Source of the DNA: an uncultured Methanoregulaceae archaeon
Lineage (GTDB): Archaea; Halobacteriota; Methanomicrobia; Methanomicrobiales; Methanospirillaceae
Direction of reading: 5' to 3'
Assembly (NCBI GenBank): GCA_963737635.1
Contig: CAVTTL010000001.1
Coordinates: 736,001 to 800,000, forward strand
Length of the DNA stretch: 64,000 bases
Position 1 is the first letter of the stretch. Every line of letters starts with the position of its first letter. This document shows, one piece after another, positions 42,950-52,146 of the stretch. The notes beneath the pieces were generated by a model. It did not search any database. It saw nothing but the letters and a program-made list of their open reading frames with translations, and was not told the DNA's origin. The position numbers and the translations under genes were made by a program.

Positions 42950-43570
42950 ATGAACACGAATGAAAGAAACCGTATACTGATGCTAGGTATACTCGTAATC
43001 ATCGGTTTCTGTTGTATTGTAATAGTTTCCCCTGTTGCGGCAGTATATCCCAACGACGAATGGCTCACGAACAACGTGACCGTGTTAGCAAATTGCACTG
43101 AGTATGCCTACATCGGCGAGGATACTATGTATGATGAAACCTTCTTCGCCGTTATAGGAAATGGACAGTATAACGGTACACAACCGGCGTGGAACTGGAC
43201 CATGGACCCCAACTACCCTAGCCCACCGCGTCGGTATTACATGGAGCAAATGGACGTCCTCAACTCCTCGGGGAATGAATCTTGGTATCCCGCTAGTGTG
43301 CTGGACGGCGATTGGGGGTGGGAGTTTGTCAACACTCTCGACATGAATGCAACTATCTACAAGAGAGCTCTTGCCGGCTATGTCAATCACTACCCCGGGT
43401 TTGGGCAGTACTATGCCTGGTACGGTAACAAGACAGCCGCCTATATGGATTACAATGATATGGACAACTGGCTCGTCCCAACCTATCAGAATGCAACGTA
43501 CCTTGTCAACCTGTCGGTCAACTGGACTGACCCGTACAGTGATACTTATTGTGGCCCCATCCAATCATAA
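42950..43570 (+). CDS. Secreted hypothetical protein rich in Tyr/Trp/Asn/Met
   Basis: GAGGAG RBS; signal peptide ending SPVAA; several sequons. Confidence 0.72.
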   Translation: MNTNERNRILMLGILVIIGFCCIVIVSPVAAVYPNDEWLTNNVTVLANCTEYAYIGEDTMYDETFFAVIGNGQYNGTQPAWNWTMDPNYPSPPRRYYMEQMDVLNSSGNESWYPASVLDGDWGWEFVNTLDMNATIYKRALAGYVNHYPGFGQYYAWYGNKTAAYMDYNDMDNWLVPTYQNATYLVNLSVNWTDPYSDTYCGPIQS

Positions 43571-43803
43571 CAACCATCAATTTTTTTAAGGTACTGGTAA
43601 AACATCAGGCTGCTCGGTTACCTTGCGCTCACCTCTTCCATTACCTCTACTGTTCCTCTATCTCCCCATGGTAGTCACTATTCTTTCCGGTTTTATCGGG
43701 CAGGGATCCATAATACAGTGAACGAAACTTACGCCATCAGATAGTGGCCGGAAAAAGAAGGGAGCACACGTGTTTTCGGAAGAACATCCTCTATCGCATT
43801 CAA

Positions 43804-43824
43804 TTAACCATATAATATTGTTTA
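43804..43824. promoter_or_regulatory. Putative operator, TTAAC-N11-GTTTA
   Basis: TTAAC-catataatatt-GTTTA upstream of the methyltransferase, before a TTTATAA TATA box. Confidence 0.5.
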
Positions 43825-43897
43825 ACAAACATCGCTAACGAGATTTATAAGGACGGACCGGAGATGGCCCGGATCCACGTGTAGCCGGGAAACCCGG

Positions 43898-44767
43898 ATG
43901 TATGTTTTGAGAGGCCCGATGCAGGACGTCAGCACAATAGACTGGAACGAAGTCTGGAAAGAGCGGGAGCGGGAAAAACGATCCCAGGACGAGTGTACCA
44001 GCTGTGCTGATAGATGGTTGGACCCTGAGCGGTGCAGAAAATTCGACCGGATGGTCAAGGAAGATAACTGGAGAGACGCATGGGAACGGATCAGTACCAT
44101 GAAGATCACCCCGGACTCCATAGTTCTGGATATCGGCGCCGGCCCCGGGACGCTCGCGATCCCGCTTTCCGGCATGGTCCGACATGTCACGGCTGTTGAA
44201 CCCTCCGCCGGGATGCTCGAATGCCTTCATGAAAATATCCGAGAACGGAATATACACAATATTACAACCATCCAGAAAAAATGGGAAGAGGTCAATCCCG
44301 ATACCGATCTCGATCCCCCGTATGACGTGGTGTTCGCATCCTATTCGCTGGGTGTGATGGACCTGCAGGCCGCCCTTGAAAAGATGAATGCAGTCTCCGG
44401 CAAATACGTCTACATTTTCTGGTTTGCCGATCTGGTATCCCCCCGTCACCGGCAGTATCTCGAGATATGGGAGGAGCTCTTCGGGGAACACCCAGCTTTA
44501 AACCGGACGCCCAACATCATCTTTAACCTGCTGTACCAGATGGGAATCTCCGCTAATGTTGAAATTTCCCGGACTAATCGTACCATCAAGTTTTCAAGTC
44601 TCGAAGAAGCAGTGGAGGATCAGCGGGATGTCCTGCATCTTAAAGACGAGGGCCAAATTATCATCCTTAAAAAATACCTCCAGAAAAAGCTGCGGTACGA
44701 AAACGGGCAGTATTTCATGGAAATGCAGGCCTCCCAGGCAAAAATCTGGTGGGAGAAAGAGAGCTGA
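43898..44767 (+). CDS. Class I SAM-dependent methyltransferase
   Basis: IDWNEVW, VLDIGAGPGTLAIPL, AVEPSAGM, YDVVFAS; start may be 43919. Confidence 0.88.
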   Translation: MYVLRGPMQDVSTIDWNEVWKEREREKRSQDECTSCADRWLDPERCRKFDRMVKEDNWRDAWERISTMKITPDSIVLDIGAGPGTLAIPLSGMVRHVTAVEPSAGMLECLHENIRERNIHNITTIQKKWEEVNPDTDLDPPYDVVFASYSLGVMDLQAALEKMNAVSGKYVYIFWFADLVSPRHRQYLEIWEELFGEHPALNRTPNIIFNLLYQMGISANVEISRTNRTIKFSSLEEAVEDQRDVLHLKDEGQIIILKKYLQKKLRYENGQYFMEMQASQAKIWWEKES

Positions 44768-44957
44768 AATACCCAGGGAAGGGTTCCTCACCCGGCCGGT
44801 TGAATTCCTGAACGTTGACTTTCTCATATCACCACTCGTTCAGTAGGTTTCCCGGCGCAACTGCCCGTTCAGTCATTGTATTTAATAAATGGAAAAGTTA
44901 GTACAATATTATAGATATGGCTTCCAATTTTACGTACCCGGACAAAGGGGGCAAAAA

Positions 44958-46613
44958 ATGAAAACCGGATATTTAATCACTATCGTTATTCTGGTGAGCC
45001 TGCAGGTACTCTTTGGCATCCCGGTGGCTGCGTCCGGGGATTCCTGCACCCTTACCATGCTTTCCATTCCTAACGGAGCCGCAATCAGTATTGACGGGAC
45101 GCTTATCGGCACCACTCCCCAGCAGGCACTTGATCTTTCCTGTGGCAATCATACGGTAGTACTGAGCGCAAACGGCTTTTCAAATTACGTTGACAATGTG
45201 ACCCTGGAACCCGGAAATCCCCAGACAATCGTTGGAAATCTCCTGAATGTCGGGGATCGCGGCAGCGTCTATATCAGATCAGACCCCCCGGGAGGGGACA
45301 TTTATGTTGACGGTGTCCTGCGAGGCACAACACCGCTCCTGCTTGATGCACTCTACCCCGGCCCCCATGCTATCCTGATCCGGAAAACCGGCTATCAGGA
45401 TTATAACGATATCGTAACTGCAGGGCCAGGACTGACACCGGAGTACAACGAGTTCCTAGTCCCACTTCCGCAGACCGGGTTCCTGGGTGTTGTATCCTCT
45501 CCCAGCGGGGCAACGGCCTTCCTCGATGGTACCCTGCTTGGGACAACACCGACTGTGCTCTCCAGAGTTGCCGCAGGCGAACACACTATCCTTGTCCAGG
45601 AACAGGGTTACAGGAACTCCACGCAGACTGTTGAAGTACAGGGAGGTACATCCGGGCTTGCACAGGTGTATCTCGAAAAAATTCCCGATACAGGAACTAT
45701 TATCATCGACTCTTCGCCCGGCGGTGCTGCTTTGTATCTGAACGACACGTACAAAACCGTGACACCGGCAAACTTTGAAGATGTCCCCGCAGGGAATTAC
45801 ACCCTTTCCTTCCAGAAGCCTAATTACACTACCCAGAATCTCTCCTTCACCCTTTCCGGCGGTGAAACCCTTGAAATTTATGCAACACTCAGCACCGATC
45901 CCAACGATACCAGTCAGCCATCTGTCCAGAGTTACAATAGTAATGGGAATGATACTTCAGATGCAGCCGGGACGGGACCGATCATTGAAAAAACCTACAG
46001 CTGGTACTCACTGGGCCATGCACAGACCATTACCCTGCATATACCGCAGAGCCTGTATGATTATTACCAGAACCAGTCGCATGCGACTTCTGCTGCGATG
46101 CTGAGCACGTATGCCCTCAGCGACGAGGACCAATTCTACCTGCATGAATTAGTCGGGCAGCTCAAGGATACCAGCGGGAACCAGAATCTTGCTGCACGTA
46201 ACGATTACCACAATGTCGTCGCGTTTGTACAGTCCGTTCCTTATGCATTGCATACGGACCCTTCGACCGGTCAGGCCACTACTGATGCGAATGACTACTG
46301 GAAATATCCGGTTGAGACTCTTGTTCAGGGAAACGGGGACTGCGTTGACGATGCGATCCTGGCAGCTTCCCTGCTCAAAGAAATGAACTATGATGTTGCG
46401 ATCGTACTGCTCCCCCAGGTGAGCGGCGAACCGGCAGGTCACGCAGTAGTCGGCATTGCCTGCGACAACTGTAACGGATACTATTACCCGATCAATGGCA
46501 AGAAGTATTATTATCTGGACCTGACTGCTCCAGGTCTGGCCCTTGGCAAAATGAGTTACCCGGGACAGCAGGATATGTATGCCAATGTTCCTGCGCAGGT
46601 CGTCGTGCTTTGA
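44958..46613 (+). CDS. Secreted PEGA-repeat protein with C-terminal transglutaminase-like domain
   Basis: Four S.P.GA.(I/L)..DG...G.TP-type repeats; YPVETL..G.GDCVD, GHAVVG, YYLD (Cys-His-Asp). Confidence 0.85.
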   Translation: MKTGYLITIVILVSLQVLFGIPVAASGDSCTLTMLSIPNGAAISIDGTLIGTTPQQALDLSCGNHTVVLSANGFSNYVDNVTLEPGNPQTIVGNLLNVGDRGSVYIRSDPPGGDIYVDGVLRGTTPLLLDALYPGPHAILIRKTGYQDYNDIVTAGPGLTPEYNEFLVPLPQTGFLGVVSSPSGATAFLDGTLLGTTPTVLSRVAAGEHTILVQEQGYRNSTQTVEVQGGTSGLAQVYLEKIPDTGTIIIDSSPGGAALYLNDTYKTVTPANFEDVPAGNYTLSFQKPNYTTQNLSFTLSGGETLEIYATLSTDPNDTSQPSVQSYNSNGNDTSDAAGTGPIIEKTYSWYSLGHAQTITLHIPQSLYDYYQNQSHATSAAMLSTYALSDEDQFYLHELVGQLKDTSGNQNLAARNDYHNVVAFVQSVPYALHTDPSTGQATTDANDYWKYPVETLVQGNGDCVDDAILAASLLKEMNYDVAIVLLPQVSGEPAGHAVVGIACDNCNGYYYPINGKKYYYLDLTAPGLALGKMSYPGQQDMYANVPAQVVVL

Positions 46614-46677
46614 AGACAGGTGAGAGGTTGAGGAATGTGATCGGTATACAAGAGCGAAATCCCGGGAGGACTCAAGC

Positions 46678-47550
46678 ATGAGTACGAGGAAACAAATGGC
46701 AGTCGAAGGATGCCGCCCACTTGTCCTTATCATTCTTATCTTACTCATGACCGGTTCAGCCGGGTGCATCAAGGCTGCGCAGAACGCCCTCAGCGGAGGA
46801 TCCCCGACCGGGGAATCATCCAGTCAACCGGTCGTGACCACTATGCCGACCGTGTCACAGGCCGATTTTCCGCAGAGTACTCCCACTGCCAGCCCTGTCT
46901 TCAACCTGACACCTGAAAAGTCGGATCTTGTTACTGAAGTGACCCCGGATGTAACCCCGGATCCTTATGTCTTCCCCCAGGCTATTCAGATCAATAAAAC
47001 CCCCCTGCAGTCTTCTTTCCTCTATAGGACGCCAGAGTTCAGGAAGATCTATACCCTCAGAGGCAATGCAATTGGTCTTCTCGTAAACGTGGTGCAGGGC
47101 CCTCTCTACATTGTCTATACAGTCAATCCAATGAACGATTGTCTTGAAGATGCGGAATCATGCCGGGGTTCAAATCCGACATATACGGATGCATCCGGCA
47201 ACTCATACACTACCGTCAACTCGGTCAACAACCCGTACATGACGATCACCGTCCGGGACAACCAGACAAATGAGATTGTAGCCGAGGACGGATACGGCCG
47301 GCAGTACAGCTCCGATACCGGCACATACCAGTTTTCCAACAATGGAAATCTATCCACGTCTGTTAACGGCCAAACGACGGTGACCTCCGTCTCAGTGCCG
47401 GGCCCCCGCTATATTCCGATTTACAGTGCGGGCCAGTTCCAGATCACTATGCAAGGAGATTATCTCTCTGTTGATCTCTCGATCATTACCGGTACATCGC
47501 TCAATCCACTGGACACGACGGAAAATTCCCAGAAAAATGCCCCGACATGA
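46678..47550 (+). CDS. Hypothetical lipoprotein
   Basis: GSAGC lipobox, Thr/Pro linker, beta-rich domain. Confidence 0.72.
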   Translation: MSTRKQMAVEGCRPLVLIILILLMTGSAGCIKAAQNALSGGSPTGESSSQPVVTTMPTVSQADFPQSTPTASPVFNLTPEKSDLVTEVTPDVTPDPYVFPQAIQINKTPLQSSFLYRTPEFRKIYTLRGNAIGLLVNVVQGPLYIVYTVNPMNDCLEDAESCRGSNPTYTDASGNSYTTVNSVNNPYMTITVRDNQTNEIVAEDGYGRQYSSDTGTYQFSNNGNLSTSVNGQTTVTSVSVPGPRYIPIYSAGQFQITMQGDYLSVDLSIITGTSLNPLDTTENSQKNAPT

Positions 47551-47710
47551 GAATCGGGGGATAAACAATTCCGGGCCATTTCAACCTGCCAATTTGATCA
47601 AAGGAACTCCATAACAAAGATTTGTATTCAATAAACAGGGAATACAGCAATGCGAGATCCACCGGATCCCATAAATACCGGAGTGCCTGATGAGAAGGAT
47701 GATGATTGGA

Positions 47711-48271
47711 ATGAGTGATTACGAGACATTATTTAACAAGGCAAAAGAATTTCATGGGCATCTCTGCCCCGGCATCGTGCTCGGGACCCGGCTGACAATC
47801 GCCGGTCTGCGCGAGCTGGGCATGAACCCACATGAACCGATCCGCAACCTGATCGTGTATATGGAGATCGATCGCTGTGGCACCGATGCTGTCCAGGCTA
47901 TTACCGGGTGTTCTCTAGGCCACCGCAGCCTCAAGCATAAAGACTTTGGAAAATTTGCAGCCACTTTTGTGGATACCAATACCGGAAAAGCAGTCCGGGT
48001 ATCGATCCACGAGAAGAACCGGGCTGAGCACGACAAACTTGATCCAAAAGAGGTCATCAAAGTCCTTTCCAATGTCCCGGAAGACGAGATCCTGAAAATT
48101 GAACAGGTCAGGATCACCATACCAAAGGAGGACCTGCCTGGTTTCCCTATAGGAAAAGCGGTATGCAACAAATGCGGGGAGCAAATATCCGATAACCGGC
48201 AAACGGTATCTCACGGCAAAGTGTTCTGCAGAAACTGCGCCGGGGAATTGTACTATTCGATAATCAAATGA
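47711..48271 (+). CDS. fmdE: FmdE/FwdE family protein with C-terminal zinc finger
   Basis: FHGHLCPG, EIDRCGTDAVQ, C..CGE...C..C. Confidence 0.88.
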   Translation: MSDYETLFNKAKEFHGHLCPGIVLGTRLTIAGLRELGMNPHEPIRNLIVYMEIDRCGTDAVQAITGCSLGHRSLKHKDFGKFAATFVDTNTGKAVRVSIHEKNRAEHDKLDPKEVIKVLSNVPEDEILKIEQVRITIPKEDLPGFPIGKAVCNKCGEQISDNRQTVSHGKVFCRNCAGELYYSIIK

Positions 48272-48388
48272 ACGATCCGAATTCCTTTTCTTAAAAAATT
48301 CCTTCTTTTTCGTTTTCTGGAAAAATGCACCAGACCTGAACGTGCTCATAATTGAGTATAGCCGTCACGTTTAAAAAAAGGAGATTTA

Positions 48389-48598
48389 TTAGTCCACGGC
48401 GATCATAACTTCGCTGGACTTAATGACTGCATAGGCCGGTACACCAACGGCAAGCCCGAGGTTTTCGACCGATTTCTTGGTAATGATCGAGGTGATTTCT
48501 TGTCCTCCGGGAAGCTCAATCGTGATCTCTGAGTTAACACTTCCCGGTATGATCCTCTTCACTTTACCTTTCAGCATGTTTCTCGCACTGATCTTCAT
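48389..48598 (-). CDS. Mop/TOBE molybdate/tungstate-binding protein
   Basis: MKISARNMLKGKV, ITSIITKKSVENLGL, AVIKSSEV. Confidence 0.9.
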   Translation of the reverse strand: MKISARNMLKGKVKRIIPGSVNSEITIELPGGQEITSIITKKSVENLGLAVGVPAYAVIKSSEVMIAVD

Positions 48599-48845
48599 AT
48601 TTTTTTTCACCATCGTTCACTTATGTGAAACCACTATTTGAAGATATGGATGCGGATAAGCCTACGACGAAAACGCTCCAATAAGGTAAACGTATAATTA
48701 TTTACAACATCAAAAAATCAAAAGACATCGCAATCCATTTTTAGTAAATATAGGCTTGAATAGACAAAATTTTCCTAATAAAACTATGTATAGTCCCTAG
48801 ATCAATATACAAAACTATTTAATAGAGAGAGAACGACTGTGGATT

Positions 48846-49236
48846 ATGGCAGCGGTGAAAGTATCCGGAACCGGGAACTTTCTTTTCCCGAAAGACGTCG
48901 GTCCGGGCACAGGCGTATTTGTCTGGATCATCTTTCTCTCGCTGATTCTTGCGGTCCTTTTTCTTCTCGATATCCTGACAACCCAGCTCATTCTTGGCAT
49001 GGGAGGGGTCGAGGCTCAATCCGGTAATGGCAGGAGTGGTCACTATACCACTTCTTCATATTATCCTTAAAATCGGAATTATTCTCCTCGTTGTTCCCGT
49101 TGCCCTTATCGCGGAGGCTCGGATAAAAGGATCGGCGACAGCACTTTATGCAGCACTGATAATCATGTATGCCATCGTGGTGCTCAATAACACCTCCATT
49201 CTTCTCCCTCACATTATAATTTCCTTCGCCGGGTAA
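48846..49236 (+). CDS. DUF5658-like membrane protein, split by a 1-nt insertion near 49013
   Basis: LLDILTT..ILGMGGVE(L)NPVM after removing one G from GAGGCTC. Confidence 0.7.
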
Positions 49237-49288
49237 CCTCTCAAAGTGAGGCGAACCACGAATCTCTCTTATGGACAGACAAAAATCG

Positions 49289-49495
49289 GGCTCTGTAGAA
49301 AACCTATCTAAAAAGGTTGTATCGATGTCCGAAAGAGCTAAGGTACGATGTCTCCTTACCCTTTTATGCAAACAAACGGTGAGGAGACACAATAGTGCCG
49401 AAAAACCGGTATATCAGGTTTGTTGAATTATCCTCCGGCTTGATCAAGGATTCGATCTTCATCCTGATTTGTCAACTGAGGAATTCCACAGAGTC
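49289..49495 (+). mobile_element. Internally deleted IS5-like element (MITE-like)
   Basis: Imperfect terminal inverted repeats GGCTCTGTAGAA / TTCCACAGAGTC; internal RBS and stub (M)PKNRYIRFVELS running into the right end. Confidence 0.65.
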
Positions 49496-49529
49496 GAAAT
49501 TTCCACAATACGTGATGGGGTGAAAGGAT

Positions 49530-50820
49530 TCATTTTCCGATAACCCGTACCTTGTTCATTTTTACCGGGGGAAGGATATAGGATCCGACAGCACGACTCT
49601 CTTTACCAAGGGCTGCAACCTGTAATTGGAGATCGAAGAAATTACCGGTGAGCATTGCTCCCCTGACCGGTTCCCCGAGTCCACCGTTCTTTACCCAGAA
49701 GGGGTTGGACATTTCTACTGAGAAGTCCCCGCTGAGGGGGTTTGCTGTATGTGCGCCTACGACACTGTGGACGTAGATTGCCGGCTCGTCGAATACTTCC
49801 TCCCGTTTACCGTCGACAACAAAATTGTGATGCCCAATCGCGGGGAGGCCGGCAAACCCGCCCCGGATGGCACTGCCCGGTGGATTGTTTCCCGGCCCGG
49901 TATGCGGTCTTGAGATCGTAAGCAAAGCCGGTAAGGACCCCGTCACTGAGAAAATCAAGCCGCCCGGTGGGTGTCCCCTCGGCATCAAACCACGTGCTTC
50001 CAGTAGCGCCTTTCCGGTGCGGCTCGTCGAACATTGAAAGCAGCGGTGCGGCGACGGTCTCCCCAATCCTCCCGGCCAACTTCGAACGGCCCTGCAATAC
50101 GTTTCGCCCACTTAGTGCCGGGACAAATATTCCTGAGAGGAGGTCCGCATATGCCATGGGGGAGAGTACAATATCATAGTCCCCTGACGGAATATCTGCC
50201 CCACCTGCAGATCGAAAAGCAAGGAAAGCTGCCTGTTCGCCAACCCGCCGGGGATCGATTTTCACCGGTGAGCAGGCGTGGTCGAATTCGTATCCCGTGG
50301 ACTGCCCGCTGATTGCTTCGAGCGAGATTGATACATCCGACTGCCGGGACGTATACCTGATACCATGACTGTTGGCAAAGGTAATCTCGCCGACAGAAAC
50401 CGCTGCCCCGCCCGAGGTTACCGTGGCATCCGGGTACGCCGTCGCTCCCTCAAGCATCCCGGCCAACAGATCCTGCGCAGTCGCCGGTTCAACTGCAAGA
50501 GACGGATCATACGCCAAATCCGTCTCTGGGAGATTGACCGGATCCGGCAGCCCGTGCCATTCCTGTGGCGTAGCAAGGCGGCCACCGGCAATAGCTGCGT
50601 CCAGGCAGGCCTGCCACTGTCCCGGATCGTTCGTGCTCGATGATCCTATCTTTCCTTTGTCGATAGTGCGGATGCACAGGCCTTTCTCAACCGAAGACGC
50701 GCAGATGCTCACCCGGCGCTGTTTCAAATCGGCAGAGACTGAGGTCCCGGAAAAACAATACACCTCAAGTTCGTCAACCCGCTGATCACCAGTCTTAAAG
50801 AGCTCTTCAATCCACGCCAC
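49530..50820 (-). CDS. pmbA: TldE/PmbA family protein, split by a 1-nt insertion near 49878
   Basis: FDAEGTP, GVLTGFAYD, TANPLSGDFS, PVRGAMLTGN. Confidence 0.85.
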
Positions 50821-52146
50821 TGCCACCCACCACCGCATCACGCAGGAGAACCAACGGGGCTCCATCGCTCACCGGCACAGTCTGCCCGCCTTTCCCACAG
50901 TATCCTGAGTGCATGACCCGTTTTCTGCCGCACAGGGCAATTCCATGGAGTGTTTTAAGGATCTCGCCTGAGAGCGAAACGTCCCGGACCATCTTTGTCC
51001 GCTCACCGTCCTCGATCATGTAGCCGTACTCCGCGTTGAACTGGAAGACTCCCCGGCCGGGTCAACCTGCCCTCCCCGTGAACCGGCAAGGAAGATCCCG
51101 TTTTTGCATTCCGAAAAGATCTCTTCGTCCGTCGCATCCCCGATCTCGATAAAGGTGTTGCTCATCCGGACAAGCGGCGGCTCCCCGGGCATTGCACGGG
51201 CATGTCCGGCCATACCATTTCCGACGGCAGCAAGAGTCTGTCGGTTGTGAATGAAGGCATTTACTTTCCCGGCACGGATGATCTCGGTTCGTCCGGCCGA
51301 GATTCCCTCGGCATCGATCGGCTCGAACCCGAATTCATGAAGGGACGGGTCGTCGACGATGGTAAGTCGGGCATCCCCGATCTTCTCGCCGATCCTGCCC
51401 TTCAGGACGGAATTGCCTTCTTCTATCAGATCTCCTTCACTTGCGTGGCCTACAGCCTCATGAGCAAAGACTCCGGCAAGTTCCGGATCCAGGACGGCAT
51501 GCATCTTCCCGCCTTTTGCAGCATGTGCATCTAACAGGGCAACAGCAGTCTGCGCAGCTTTCCTGCCCATCTCCTCACGGTGCCGGAGGTTGAAACCCCG
51601 GATGGTGTGATCCGGTTCATAACCCATCTGCACCGTGCCGTTCCGGGATGCAACGGCCATCACAGAAAATCCCGACCGGCAGATCTCGTAGCGGTATTCG
51701 CTGCCGGAGCTGTCCATGAACCTGACGTTTTCGATCCGTTCGAGATAATTTGCCCGCCGGCTGGTCACCAGCGGCTGATCCGCCGCCTTCTCGATAGCAA
51801 GGAGTAGATCTGCTTTTTCCTGGATGTCTACATCGCGGCAATCCTCTTTGACCGGGGGAACCGGGCGCACGAGCCGGGGTCCGTCTCCGAGAGTGACCGT
51901 ATCTTCGGTTACGAACGCAAGTTTTTGGGCAGTGGCAAGCAGCTCGTCGAATTTTTTGCCGGGTACATGCGTATAATTATCGAGCTGGAGGATTCCCCAT
52001 CCCCGGGGCCCGAGAACCCGGATCACTGCTTTGTTGAAAAAAACGGTACCGGCAGATTCTATTACACCTTTATCGACGTCGATATGCGTTGACTGGCCGC
52101 CGACCTGGCGCAGGTCATAGTACCGGATACCGTGTGGTTCGGTCAT
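50807..52146 (-). CDS. tldD: TldD family metalloprotease, split by a 1-nt deletion near 51055
   Basis: [25 protein letters not shown](GRGVFQF), [17 protein letters not shown]. Confidence 0.88.

Noticed and set aside
44881-44901. Fifth copy of the TTAAC-N11-GTTAA operator (also 33642-33661)
   Set aside because: Spacing is 10 nt with mismatches; not distinguishable from AT-rich background
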